In this document: positions 24,021 to 35,928 of the stretch, piece after piece | Layout of the letters: each line of letters starts with the position of its first letter | How positions within the stretch are numbered: the first letter of the stretch is position 1 | Assembly (NCBI GenBank): GCA_024679065.1 | Contig: JAGIQG010000020.1 | Span: forward strand, 21,390,001 to 21,454,000 | Source: Sphyrna mokarran | Taxonomy: Eukaryota | Reading direction: 5' to 3' | Length of the DNA: 64,000 nucleotides | Position numbers and translations under genes: made by a program | Notes under the pieces: model-generated | Told to the model about the DNA's origin: nothing | The model's input: the letters and a program-made list of their open reading frames with translations, nothing else | Databases searched by the model: none

Positions 24021-24821
24021 TCAGACAGACAGCTTCTTAGTTAATCTGTGTTCTGCTCTATTTATACTATCAGGAGCCCAGTACTGACGTCGTCTTAAGG
24101 TTCCATAAAGATCATTATATCTTGACATTTCCATTTCCATGGCTCTTGCCATAAAACTCAATATTCTATTAACTATTTTACAGCCTTGTCCATTGAAAGT
24201 AATTCCTTAGCATACAGTGAAGATGAACCATCAAATCTCTCTGCACCTAGTTTTCCAATATTCATTTTATCGTTATTCTGTTTTTTTTTGTGAACATATG
24301 CATTTACTGACATTAAATTTAGTCTGCCAATTTTGCTTATTTTCACCAATTTACCTATATTTTCTTTTAGCTCACGTTGGTCCTCAGATTAATGTGCCTT
24401 AAATTTAGATACAGTTCTCTCTGGCTTGTCTTTAAAATTATTAATTAGACAGTGCCACCCCGGAGCTGAACCCTGTGAGACACCACTAAAAAATTACAAC
24501 CACTGAGAAACAGACTGTAATTGCTCCTCTCTATTCCCTCCCTTCTAACCAGATTTTAATCTAATTTGCTACTTTTTTGCTCACCTGTGACTATCCCTGA
24601 TGCACCTATTTCAGTACTGGGGATCTTGTACTGAAGTTGATAGTTTGCTGTTTACAGATGCCCCTATTGCCTTTTCAGGGTTACCTGTTGACACAGGACT
24701 GCTGCCAACGTGAAGTTCAATTTGTAACTGTATAACTTCACATGTGCCACAATCAGAAAAACTTTCTTCACTGAGCATAGACAAGCAGGCATTAATAAGA
24801 TCTCAGAACCCCTCTTTATGA

Positions 24822-25525
24822 GATAGAGTCATAGGAGTCACAGCATGGAAACAAGCTCTTCAGCCCAACTTGTCCATGCCGCCTTTTCTCTACCACTAGA
24901 CTAGTCCCAATTGCTCGTGTTTGGTCCATAGGGTGTGGAATGCCCTGCCTGCAGCAGTTGTGGACTCGCCAACTTTAAGAGCGTTCAAACGGTCAGTGGA
25001 TAGGCATATGGATAACATTGGAATAGTTTAGGTTAGAAGGTCATTAGATTGGTTCCACTGGTCGGTGCAACATCGAGGGCTGAAAGGCCTGTACTGCGCT
25101 GTAATGTTCTATGTTCTATATTCTATGTTCTATATCCCTTTAAATCCTTCTCACCCATGTAATTGTCCAAATGCTTTTTAAAAGACAAAATTGTCTTTAC
25201 TACTAACTCTGGCAGCTTGTTCCAGATGCCCTCTGTGTGACAAAATTGTCCCTCTGGACCCTTTTATATCTCTCCCCTCTCACATTAAACCTATGTCCTC
25301 TAGTTTTAGACACCCCTACCTTTGGGAAAAGATGTTGACTATTTAGCTGATCTATGCCCCTCATTATTTTATAAACCTCTATAAGGTCACCCTTATCCCT
25401 CCGACGCTTTGAGGAAAAAAGTCTCAATCTATGCAGCCTCCCCTTATAACTCAAACCATCAAGTCCCGATAGCATCCTAGTAAACTTTCCTGCACTCGTT
25501 CTAATTTAATAATACCCTTTCTATA
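24822..25525 (-). mobile_element. CR1 3' part hosting a younger CR1 insert
   Basis: ORF 25203-25475 MLSGLDGLSYKGRLHRLRLFSSKRRRDKGDLIEVYKIMRG is the CR1 ORF2 C-terminus. Confidence 0.85.
24931..25134 (+). mobile_element. Young-type CR1 3' end, opposite orientation to its host
   Basis: ggaatgccctgcctgcagcagttgt..ggtcggtgcaacatcgaggg..(gttctat)n; closely related to 53600-53780. Confidence 0.85.
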
Positions 25526-26771
25526 TCTTTTCAGTTTTCATCCTTGAACCATTTTCTAAGCAAGTTGAAGCTGCCCATAACAGTGCCACCAGGCAAATTT
25601 TTGAACCTGCATTGGGAGTAAGAGCAGAGGATGATGGTGCTAAAAGTAGTCCCAATGCCAGTTGTAATTCATGAACAAATGGTGTCAAGCAGCAGACACT
25701 TCATAATGGCTGTTGTGCCTGTCTCTTTGGTTTTATTTCTGCTGAGGCAATATGGGGGGGGGGGCGGTGGTTGCAACCTGCACTGGGTAGCCTATCTGGC
25801 TCATTAAGGACCAATTCAAGTAGGCAGACTGGGGTTTTCCACGCAGCCCCCGGGATCCACAGGCAAAAGGGGTCTGATTAGGTGCCTGGAAGTGAATTGC
25901 CCATGAGGTAGCAGTGGAAATCAGTGCTCCAGGAGGAGCAAGAGTCTCTCCCTAGTGTGCATGGTGCAGCAGTAGTCACAGGCTACTCTGGAGAAGGCTG
26001 CTCCATTGATAGTGGTGGTCAGTGCAAAATCCAGTTTCCTTTTTAGTTTAAAGTTTAAATAAAGTTGGTAAGAGAGTGCCTCCGTTTTGAAGCATCTTCT
26101 CCCTCACTTTCCAACGTAGCCGGCTGTGCTTCTGCAGCTGGAAGGTTTCTGACCCTTTAGCTTCAATAGTCTATGCACTATCCTTAATTGGATATTGAGT
26201 CCATCCTCTGGCCTTTAAATAACTGCCCACAAGAAAAAGAAATCATAGAATTGTAGAATCAATGAATCATTTCTTCTCGCACCTTGTGGCCTTCTGACCT
26301 TCACTTGAGTCTGACAATGATGTTCAGAAGCAGGGATAAAAATTTCTGCTCATAGATTCAAATCCCCAAAGCTGCTGATCAGCAATTGGAGCATTTGTGG
26401 GAAAGGCTTCTACTGTGCCAGTGGCTGAGTGTCTTGTGTCTCTACTGCAGATGCCTCATGGCAGACTTAATGCAGATAATCATTGCCCTGTGAAGTCATT
26501 CGTGGGAGTTGGCAGTGCCTATCTGCATGATTAATTCCATGCTGTCCAGACTAATTTAATGTACAAGTAACAAAGTGACTCCTCCATATGCCCTCATGCT
26601 CCAATAACAGCCTTTATTTCAAAGGTCTATTGATATTATGGTCTATTGATATGAATTATATATTCACATAATTCAGGAGAGACAATAAGCATCCAAAACC
26701 TCTGTCCTGAACTGGACAAGCTCAATAATAATCAGCACCATCCCCTACAAGTACTCTGTTTCTTCATATTT

Positions 26772-27076
26772 TAAGTTTATTTATTAGTGTCATAAGTCAG
26801 CTTACATTAACATTGCAATGAGGTTACAGCGAAAATCTCCAGATTTGGAGTGTGAAGAGTTGCCACACTCCAGTGCCTGTTCAGGTGCACAGGGGGAGAA
26901 TTTAGCATGGCCAGTGCACCTAACTACCATATCTTTTGGACTGTGAAGGAAGACTAAGCACCCGAAGAACACCCACACAGACATGGGAGGAACGTGCAGA
27001 CTCCACACAGTCAGTGACCCACGGCTGGAATTGAACTCAGGTCCCTGGTGCTGTGGGTCAGTAGTGCTAACCACTG
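26772..27076 (-). mobile_element. HE1-like V-SINE, type B
   Basis: Head, V core and type B tail all present. Confidence 0.85.
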
Positions 27077-27214
27077 TAAGGTTCCGCTGTAAGGTTCTAA
27101 AGATTGAATTGGCTTTCGCCTCAATTTAGGATAGTGTCCGTACTTTCTGGTGAATAATATGAGTCCGATTTAGCTGAGTGATGGGACTAAATGATGCATT
27201 ATGAGTAAATAAGC

Positions 27215-27370
27215 ACATGTCTGAAAGATGTACTGTTAGGTGCATTGGCCATGCTAACTTCTCTTTCAGCGTAACGAGACACCGGAGATTGGTAACTAGG
27301 GGATTCTCACAGTAACCTAATTGTAGTGTTAATATAAGCCTACTTGTGACACTAATAAATAAATTTAAAA
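27215..27370 (+). mobile_element. HE1-like V-SINE 3' part, type B
   Basis: gttaggtgcattggccatgctaa...cctacttgtgacactaataaataaa. Confidence 0.8.
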
Positions 27371-27541
27371 CTTAAAACTTCTCCCTGGTGCTCTGTCACA
27401 TGGTTCAGCATGATACTTCACTGGGAGAGAGTGGTGTGATATTGGGAGCAACTAGTGTGATCTTTACTGATATTTCAATAGCTTGTTAATTTTTTACCGT
27501 GAGTTATATGCTGTCTTTCAACATTGACAGACTCTGTGCCT

Positions 27542-27862
27542 TCATAGAATCCCTACAGTGCAGATGAGGCCATTCAGCCCATCGGGTCTGCACTGACTCT
27601 CCAACAGAATATCTTACCCAGCTCCCCTCCGCTGCCCTAAACCTCACACTTTTACCATGGCTAATCCATCTAACCTATACATATTTGGACACTAGGGATC
27701 AATTTAACATGGCCAATCCAGCATACTTGCACATTTTTTGGACTGTGGGAGGAAACTGGAGACCCAGAGGAAACCCATGCAGAGAATGTGCAAACTCCAC
27801 ATAGACAGTGTGATCGAAGCCGGGAATTGAAAGGGCCCCTGGTGCTGTGGGACAGCAGTTCT
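27542..27862 (-). mobile_element. HE1-like V-SINE, type A
   Basis: tcatagaatccctacagtgcagatgaggccatt tail plus V core. Confidence 0.85.
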
Positions 27863-27869
27863 AATGAGA

Positions 27870-28130
27870 AGTGGTACAGTGACACAGTGTTTAACACTGC
27901 TGCCTCACGGCATCAGGTAACCAGGTTCAGTTCCGCCTTTGAGTTTCCTCTGGACGCTCCAGTTTCCTCCCACAGTCCGAAGATATGCAGCTTAGGTGAA
28001 TTGGCCATGCTAAATTCTTCCTCAGTGTACTCAAACAGGCACCAGAGTGTAACGACTAGGGGATTTTCACAGTAACTTCATTGCAGTGTTAATATAAGCC
28101 TATCTGTGATTAATAAGTAAACTTTAACTT
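27870..28130 (+). mobile_element. HE1-like V-SINE, type B, head-to-head with the previous copy
   Basis: acactgctgcctcac head, V core and type B tail. Confidence 0.85.
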
Positions 28131-29694
28131 TAACTTTGAGTTTGTCCAATCAAAGAGATCAACAGTGGCTCACTCAGACAGCTTCATTATCTAGAATTCC
28201 AACATCTGTTCTATGTCATTCCTAATGATGGTGTTCATATTTCTTCATGTCCTTACAGCAACACTTGCAAACTTCTAACAACTTCAGATTTCCATTGTGT
28301 GTATAGCTATCCCATGCTGCTATGCTATTTATCTTTGTGTTATAATTTAAGGCTTACGACTCCTTTCCCACTTTCATGGGCTGCCCCTGACAATTAACAC
28401 AGACTGCATCATGTCTGTTATATGCTTTTCCCCATGTCGCCTCATTTTCATGCTTGGAAGTCATTCTCCCTCATAACAAAATGCGTCATTGCAAAGCTCT
28501 GTGCTAGCTTTCTCAGAGCTTGATCTGTAAAATAAGATTTTCTCTGCAGCCACGGTCTATGCCCGTTATATGCTCCTCAGCTGAATGACTGAACATTGTA
28601 CTATTCTTTCGAGTAGGCGACTGCTTTCAGTTGCACTTGCCTGGGCTCATTTATGGTGAGTAACTCATTCCGTGGTGGTTGCTGTAATTCTTGATTAGAA
28701 CTATGTAAAGGTGCCAAGTAATGTACAGGAGCTTAGAAAGGAACGAGGGAGAAAGAGAGCACCTTCAGGATTGAGAATTCCCTTTCTCCAGCTGAGCAGT
28801 TGCAAATACCAAATCATCAGAGGACACAGAAAAACTGGCAGAGCGACTACAGTTAGGAAATGATAGCATTTTTAAGTACCAGCAGTTGAGTGGAGCCCAA
28901 TTAAGCTCAATGACACCATACTGTGTAATGTGTGTGTGTAAAGGAAGGAAAACAGTCATATGCGCCACTGTGTTGGCCTTTAGCATTTGGGCACACAGAC
29001 TGAGTAACAAATGTTACTAGTCTGTGTGCCTAACCCAATGGGTTGATTCTGGTGTCTTCCATTGGGGTGAGAATTCGTAACATGGCGTCTATAAATTTGT
29101 TCTTGTTACTTTACTATGCAAGTTGGGGCTGCTGAAACTGTGGGAGTAGAATAGTTTATGATTGTGAAAAGATTGTGAAGCTGTGCACGCAGAGAGGAAG
29201 AAACATTATGTGCACGTTATGAACAGCTCTCGGAGATTGGTAATCTATCGATAACCAAGTCAACGCAAGGTGACTTTTTTATGGGGAATAATTGTATCAA
29301 AAGCCACAGAAAAAAATTAAAGTTTGGAATACCATAATGAAAACTTAAATGCTTGACTGTTTGCTCCCAATATCTTCCTATCAGAAATCTCTTTATGTAG
29401 AGATGTCCAGCTAATAAAATAATTTATTTTTGGAAAAACTAAGCCTCGATACTCCAATTTGTTGTGCAAAATTTACTGTTTATGCAAATGAAGTAACTTG
29501 AATATAGTTATCAGTTTTAAAGATATGTCTGATCTGTACTGTTTTCTCATGTAGCTCTGAAGATTTTGACCTGACAGTTTTCTAAATTCTTTTCCCAGAC
29601 CCTGTTCAAGTGGTTAAGTTGATTAGAGGTGAACTTTGAGATATAAATCGGTGCTTTTAGTTCAAACAGTTTATTATATATTTAACACCTTGTT

Positions 29695-30575
29695 TATTTT
29701 TCTTCATTAATAGGATGTGGCCATCGCTGGATAGGCCAGCATTTATTGCCCATCCTTAATTGTTAGTGAAATAGGTCTTGTGTCACAGTGATTAGTGTCC
29801 TTGCCTCTGAGCCAGGAGAGAGAGTGAATGTTTGTGGATGGGGTGCCAATTTAGCAGACTGCTTTCTCTGGATGAGTGTTCTTCTTGAATGATGTTGGAG
29901 GCGCATTCATTCAGGGAATCATATTCCAGGCTCATGCTTTGTAGATAGTAAACAGGCATTGGGAGTCAGGAGATGAGTTACTCACCATAGGACTCCTAGC
30001 CTCTGACCTGAACTGGTAGCCAGTATTTATATAGCTAGTCCAGTTCAGTTTCTGGTCCATGGTAACCTCCAGGATGTTGATGGTGGAGATTCAACGATGG
30101 TATTGCCATTGAATGTCAACAGGGCGATGGTTAGATTCTCATTGGAGATAGCCATTTTCTGTCAATGTGTGACACAAATGTTACTTGCCATTTGCAAGTG
30201 AAAGCCTGGATCTTGTTGAGATCTTGTTGCATTTGTACATGAACAGCTTCAATATCTGAGGATTGTGCAATCACCAGCAAACATGACCACTTCTGACTTA
30301 TGATAGAAGAAAGGTCATTGATGAACCAGTTGATGGTTGAATCAGTTGAAGACACTCTTGCTGTGGTGTTCTGAAACTGATATGATAGACCCCCACAACC
30401 ACAACTTGTAGTAGGTGTGATCCCAACCACTGACTCCGGTTTTGCTAGGACTACTTGATGCCTTGATGTCAAGGGCAGTCACTCCGACCTCACCTCTGGA
30501 GTTTAGCTCTTTTGCCCATGTTTGAACCAAGGCTGTAATGAGGTCAGGAGCTGAGTGACCTGAGCAGAACCAGTG
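29695..30575 (-). mobile_element. Fragment of the second CR1-group LINE
   Basis: GHSAPDLITALVQTWAKELNSRGEVGVTALDIKA and FINDLSSI..MQQDLNKIQAFTCKWQVTF; same 3' tail as 5550-5600. Confidence 0.8.
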
Positions 30576-31440
30576 CTCCAGTGTTTTCAACATGTATATT
30601 TTTTGGGATATGCCAGCCATATCATTTTATTACAGGAAGCCAAATGAATCCTGTTATTAATTTTCACTTATTTAATGCAGAAAAGTATGACAGAATCATA
30701 AAGGACTACATGAGCAGGTCTGTCAATTTAACTGTTTAAAAATATGTTCATATGTTTTAGGGTAAGGTTTGCAGAGTGAATGGCAAAATATTTGACATTT
30801 ATAGTTTGATGAAAAATTGCTTCAAAGGTTAATGGTGAATCATCGATAGATTGGTAAGATTGTACAGTATTTTCCCAATTTAGCTAAATTCAAAATTCAA
30901 TTCATTTGGATCAAATTGCTATATTTCCATCCACTGAGTTAGTGTTCGTTTAACCAAAAAATATATATATAGTAAACACAGTGGAGAGGATTGATGGAAA
31001 ACAATGACAAATGTTCCTCCTATTTTTTACTATTTACCCTGAGCCTTCCTCCCATGTGAAAATGTGTTTGGGAAATCATCAGTGGGAATGTTTACTTGGT
31101 GAGGACTATTAAAACTTTACAGCTGATTTTCATGTATCGAGAAATGTCAGGTCAAGATCTTCCGTCATGCTGAAACATTTTATGAACATAAACAACAATG
31201 ATTTAAATGAGTTCAAATAAATTCATTGAGCATGATTAAGCCTGCTATTTGCACTATGCTCCCACTGCAGCGAGGGGCGTCAGAGAATTTGGTGGCCAGC
31301 CAAATCTCCATCCACTGCTACCGGATGTGAAAATCCCTCCAGCATGAACAGTGCTAAGATTCCGCCCATGGATTCTGTAATTTGTATTTTATTCCCTGTT
31401 CATTGTAAATTTGTTTGCATGGGCCTTCTACTGTGGTCAG

Positions 31441-31662
31441 TCATAGAATTCTGCAGTGCGGAAGGAGGCCATTTGGCCCATTGAGTCTGTACCAACCACA
31501 ATCTTTTATCCCATAGCTCCACATATTTACCCTGCTAGTCCCCCTGACACTGGCAATCAACTTAACCTGCCCCTCTTTGGACTGTGGGAGGAAACCAGAG
31601 CACGTGGAGGAAACCCACACAGACATGAGGAGGACATGCAAACTCCACACAGACAATGGCCT
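31441..31662 (-). mobile_element. HE1-like V-SINE, type A
   Basis: Tail and V core present. Confidence 0.85.
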
Positions 31663-32008
31663 GAGTGATTGAAATGATCAGTATGACATGAACATCAGAG
31701 AGCTTTTTGTTTTATGTTTTTAAAACTCATGGAATATCAATGGTGCAACTATTAGCTTTCTTTCCATTGTAGTTGATCTTTTCATATCTGCTTTTCTGGT
31801 TGTGAAAACAACCAACGTTTCCAACATTTTCTCCAACTTTGAGCTAATGGACCATAACCCTTCCAGCTTAGCTATTGAATGCTAAAATTTCATTTCTTAT
31901 TTGCATTGATGCTATTGCTTCAAATATATATTATGCATCTGGCATGTCCTCAAATAGCTTTGACTTGTGCACATATTTTTTGTAAGGTTATTACTTCCTT
32001 AATTTCAT

Positions 32009-32144
32009 GGGGTAAATTTTCTGAAACAGCCCATCGGAGGAATCATTGTAGGTAGGACGGAAAATTTGGTGGACTATTTAAAATCGGTTGGCCGCGGGTA
32101 GGAATTTCCGGTCTTGGGGCAGGCGTTACTGGAAAATCCAGCCC
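32009..32144. mobile_element. Harbinger-type MITE
   Basis: TIRs GGGGTAAATTTTC / GAAAATCCAGCCC, flanked by cat/tat. Confidence 0.6.
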
Positions 32145-32372
32145 TATTTATCTGTATCACATCCCAAAAATACACCAAAACAACAGAAATAGATGCAGGA
32201 GCACACCCCCATGGCCTATCCAACCTGTTCTGCCATCCAATAAAATCATGGAAGATTTTGGGCTACAACTCCATTTTCCCTATATCCCTACCTATTTCTC
32301 ATATCCCTAAATTCCTTCTGAGACCAAAACTCTTGTCTATGCTAGCCTTAAAGGTATTTAACAACGGAGCAT

Positions 32373-33164
32373 TATGACATTAATATACCATTAAGGATTT
32401 TTTTTAAATCATGTTCTCTGAGGCTCTCAGCCTTCAGTCGGGCTGTCTGTAAGAGTCTTTTTATTGCTGCTTCGGTGATTTAATTGAGGCTTGTTTCTTT
32501 TTACTCTGGGTTGTTTTATGGCCCTGCATTGTTAGGAGGAACATTATAGGTTCTGGTCAGTTTTATTTCCTTTCTAGGGAATGCAAGGTTTTGATTTTCT
32601 GTTTTTGGCTGGTAGCAGTGTTTAGTTTAAAAGGGAATGGACATCAGATGGAAAGCAGTATCTCTCTCTCTCTCTCTTCTTGGGTTTTGGAGGTTCTGTT
32701 AATTAGCTGAAAACAACACTTCTTCCCTTCCTGCAGTAGAAAATCTGCTGTTGCGACTTGACCAGAGTCTCTCCCTGATGTCCTGGGAAGCTGTTCTGAC
32801 TTCAAACTGTTCTGAGTGTTTCAAGAGAACTATAGTATTCATCCAAAGGACTTAGTTCCAGTATCACATGAGTATTAGTCTTTGCTGAGTTAAACCTGTG
32901 GAAGGATTTTGTTTATGGGATTGGTTTGATTGGAACATTTCAGATTTATTTGTTAAAGGTTATACATTATTGTGGTTATTTTGTTTGTAATTGATAATAG
33001 TTATTGTTAATATTCTTACTATACATGTTAATCATATTCTTAAATAAACTTTGTTTGAGAAAAACTCCCTAGTGGGTCATTTGAATCATGCTTATCCTAG
33101 CCAAATTCAAGATGTAAAACGTATGATCCAGGCGGGCTCCATAAAACACTCCGGAGTTTCTGAC
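32373..33164 (+). mobile_element. LTR-like insertion within CR1
   Basis: About 790 bp unrelated block interrupting the CR1 tail; T-rich, (CT)n tract, AATAAA near the 3' end. No clear TG..CA termini. Confidence 0.4.
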
Positions 33165-33347
33165 CCTCCGGGATGGAGCATTCAAAAATTCACCATCCTT
33201 TGTGTGAAGTAATTTCTCTTCATCTAAATCCTAAATGACTGGCCTCTGATCCAGAGATGGGGCCTCTGTTTTAAACACCCCAATCTACAGAAACAATCTA
33301 TATCTGCCAAATCAAACCCCCTCAGAATTTTACTGTATTTGTTGCTA

Positions 33348-33639
33348 GGCAGCACAGTGTTACAGTGGTTAGCACTACTGCCTCACAGTGTCAGGGACCT
33401 GGGTTTGATTCCCAGCTTGGGTCACTGCCCGTGCAGAGTCTGCATGTTCTCTTTGTGTGTGAGTGTATTTCTTCTGGGTGCTCTAGTTTCCTCCCACAGT
33501 GCTAGTTAGGTGCATTGGCCAGGCTAAATTTTCCCACAGTGTATCTGAACAGGTGCCAGAGTGTGGTGACTAAGGGATTTTCACAGTAACTTCATTGCTC
33601 TGTTAATGTAAACCTATTGTGACACTAATAAATAAACTT
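33348..33639 (+). mobile_element. HE1-like V-SINE, type B (full length)
   Basis: ggcagcacagtgttacagtggttagcact..gggtttgattccc head, V core and type B tail. Confidence 0.9.
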
Positions 33640-34047
33640 AATGTGGCCTCCTTTTCATTTGGAAGACTTAATGCAGATTGTGTGACCACTTTGTGGAACA
33701 CCTTTGTTCTGCCTACCTGTCCCCACCCTTCCAGTCGCTTGCCATTTTAACTCAGCATCTTGCTCTTATACTCACTGGTCTTTCCTCGGCCTGCTGCAAT
33801 GCTCCAATGATGCCCAATGCAAGTTGGGAGAACAACATTTCATCCTCTGATTAGGCATGTTACAGCCCTCTGGAGTCAACGTTGAGTTCAACAACTTTAG
33901 ACTTTCTCCTCCATCGTGACCCCCTTTTTGTTTTTGGTTTCCTCGGTTTGTCCCAGTACATCCCCATCCATTCCCCAGCCAGCTATCTCTCCCTTGTTTT
34001 TAAGTTTTGCTTCTATTGAGCACTGACTTTTGTTCTGTTATTAACAC

Positions 34048-34134
34048 GATGAGGTCACACGACACCAGGTTATAGCCCAACAGGTTTATTTGAAGTCACC
34101 AAGCTTCAGGAGCGCTGCTCCTTCGTCTGGTGAA
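34048..34134 (-). mobile_element. Single-arm Penelope P1-variant insert
   Basis: Flanked by gttattaacac (34037-34047) / gttactaacac (34135-34145). Confidence 0.75.
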
Positions 34135-34366
34135 GTTACTAACACATTTTGCTCTCTTATTTTGTGCACTATTAGCACTTCTTCAGCCTGTAATGCCATT
34201 ATTTACACCCACTTTGTCTTATGCCCATGACATAATTGTTAATCTCTCTTTAGCTCCAATCTATCTCTGCCTTCCATTCTGCCCCACCAACCTCTCCAAT
34301 TATAAAGTTCATTACGTCTTTGTCCTCCTTCAGTTAGTAGAAGGGTCATAACAGATTCAAAACATT

Positions 34367-34507
34367 GGGGGGAGTTCTCCCGTTGCACTCGCCACAGGTA
34401 TTGTAGTGGGTGTGGGGTGGAGGGGGTGCAGCGGACTATGCAAAGATCCATTGACTTTGAGTGGGATCCTCTGGTTTTGAAGCAAACGTGGCTGCAGAAT
34501 CCTACCC
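34367..34507. mobile_element. Harbinger-type MITE with 3 bp TSD
   Basis: att|GGGGGGAGTTCT...AGAATCCTACCC|att; removing it restores the P2 terminus aaaacattaac. Confidence 0.7.
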
Positions 34508-35246
34508 ATTAACTTGATTTCTCCCTTCATACATACTGTCAGACCTGCTGAACTTATCCATCATTTTCTGTTTCTATTTCGAACTTAGATCATCCGCAGT
34601 ACTTCGCTTCTATTTACCCTGTGGAATTTTGTAGCTTTCAATGAGATCTCCTTTTGTTCTTCTAAACTCTAAGTACATGGGCCCAATTTATTTGACTTTT
34701 CATCATAGGACAGCTCCCTCCTCCCAGGGCCTAATCATGTGAATCTTCAACCTCCAATACATATATATTGTTCTTAAATATGAAGACCAAAACCGCTCAT
34801 TGTATTCCAGATGTGGCCTCACCCAAATAGCCAAATATGAAATTCAGAGGGTAATGTTGACTTTAGGAAGAAAACATTTCTATCATCTAGTGCATATTTC
34901 ATTTATTCTCACTTTGGAACGACTGTTTACAACATCTCCTTGTCCTTCTTCAGGTCATAGAATTGCAAGGCATTAAAATTTCCTGGATCCTGTGGATCTA
35001 ATATATTGCCAGGCAGGTTTTGAGACAAAAAGGCAATTTGGCAACCAGGAGAGAGGGCTCCAGCTTCCAGCAGAAGGAGAGTTCTCTTCAGGCCAGATGT
35101 GTCTCTTGGCTAAAACCCATCAATAAGAATCTAGATTAAGTTGTTGTCCATGAGTAAATATGGCACTCCATTCAAAATTTGCCATCTCAGATACAAAGTG
35201 TATGCCCTGCAAGAAATTTTAAATAACTGAGGAAACTCTGAGACTT

Positions 35247-35560
35247 GGGGCAACTTGATGGCAGTGTGGTTAACACTGCTGCCTCACAGCATCAGGATTC
35301 AATTCTAGCCTTGGGTGATTGTGCAGAGTTTGCATATTCTCCCTGTGTCTGCGGGGGGTCCGGGTGCTCCAGTTTCCTCACACAGTTCAAAGACGTGCAG
35401 ATTAGCTTGATCGGTCATGCTGAGTTGCCCCTTAGGGTCAGGGAAATTAGCAGAGTAAATATGTGGGATTATGGCAATAGGATTTGGATGGGATTGTCAT
35501 GGGCGCAGGCTCGGTGGGCCAAATGGTCTCTTTCTGCACTGTAGCGATTCAATGATTCTA
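35247..35560 (+). mobile_element. HE1-like V-SINE, type A (full length, TSD)
   Basis: TSD tgaggaaactctga(g)actt at 35228-35246 and 35561-35578. Confidence 0.9.
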
Positions 35561-35928
35561 TGAGGAAACTCTGAACTTGAGAGGAAAACAGCTGTAAGTT
35601 GTGACCTGGAGATTGGTTACGGAAGCGTACTCATCTATTCAAGACTCAGTGAATATTGCGATTTCATTGCAAAGAATCAAGCAGATGCACCTGGAGTTCA
35701 CCAAGCAAAAGAAGGATTTTATAATAGGATATGGTAATATGTATATATGGTATATATTATTACATGGTATATATAAAACTCCCTCAGAGAATGATGGTGA
35801 TGCATTCACAGATATTATACTGAATTGTGCTATTCGAAATTTGTCTGTAAGGTGCTTCTAACACCTGCTGCCCTTCAAGAAAGGTAAAATTTGCACTTGT
35901 CAGCTGTCTGCCAGGAAATAAACACCAT

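Larger units (their letters stand above)
33645..34615 (+). mobile_element. Penelope-like element 3' part (GIY-YIG C-terminus and pseudo-LTR, family P2)
   Basis: Translation DHFVEHL..PVACHFNS..LGLLQCSNDAQCKLGEQHFIL*LGMLQPSGVNVEFNNF (33680-33900) is typical of the PLE endonuclease end; P2 terminus at 34330-34615. Confidence 0.8.
32175..34835 (-). mobile_element. Old CR1 3' end split into three pieces (32175-32372, 33165-33330, 34620-34835) by nested inserts
   Basis: The pieces join into a contiguous CR1 tail consensus; tattccagatgtggcct is the reverse complement of the RPHLEY codons. Confidence 0.7.

Noticed and set aside
33348-33420. tRNA genes at SINE heads
   Set aside because: A/B boxes run directly into the V-SINE body with no complete cloverleaf; these are SINE promoters.
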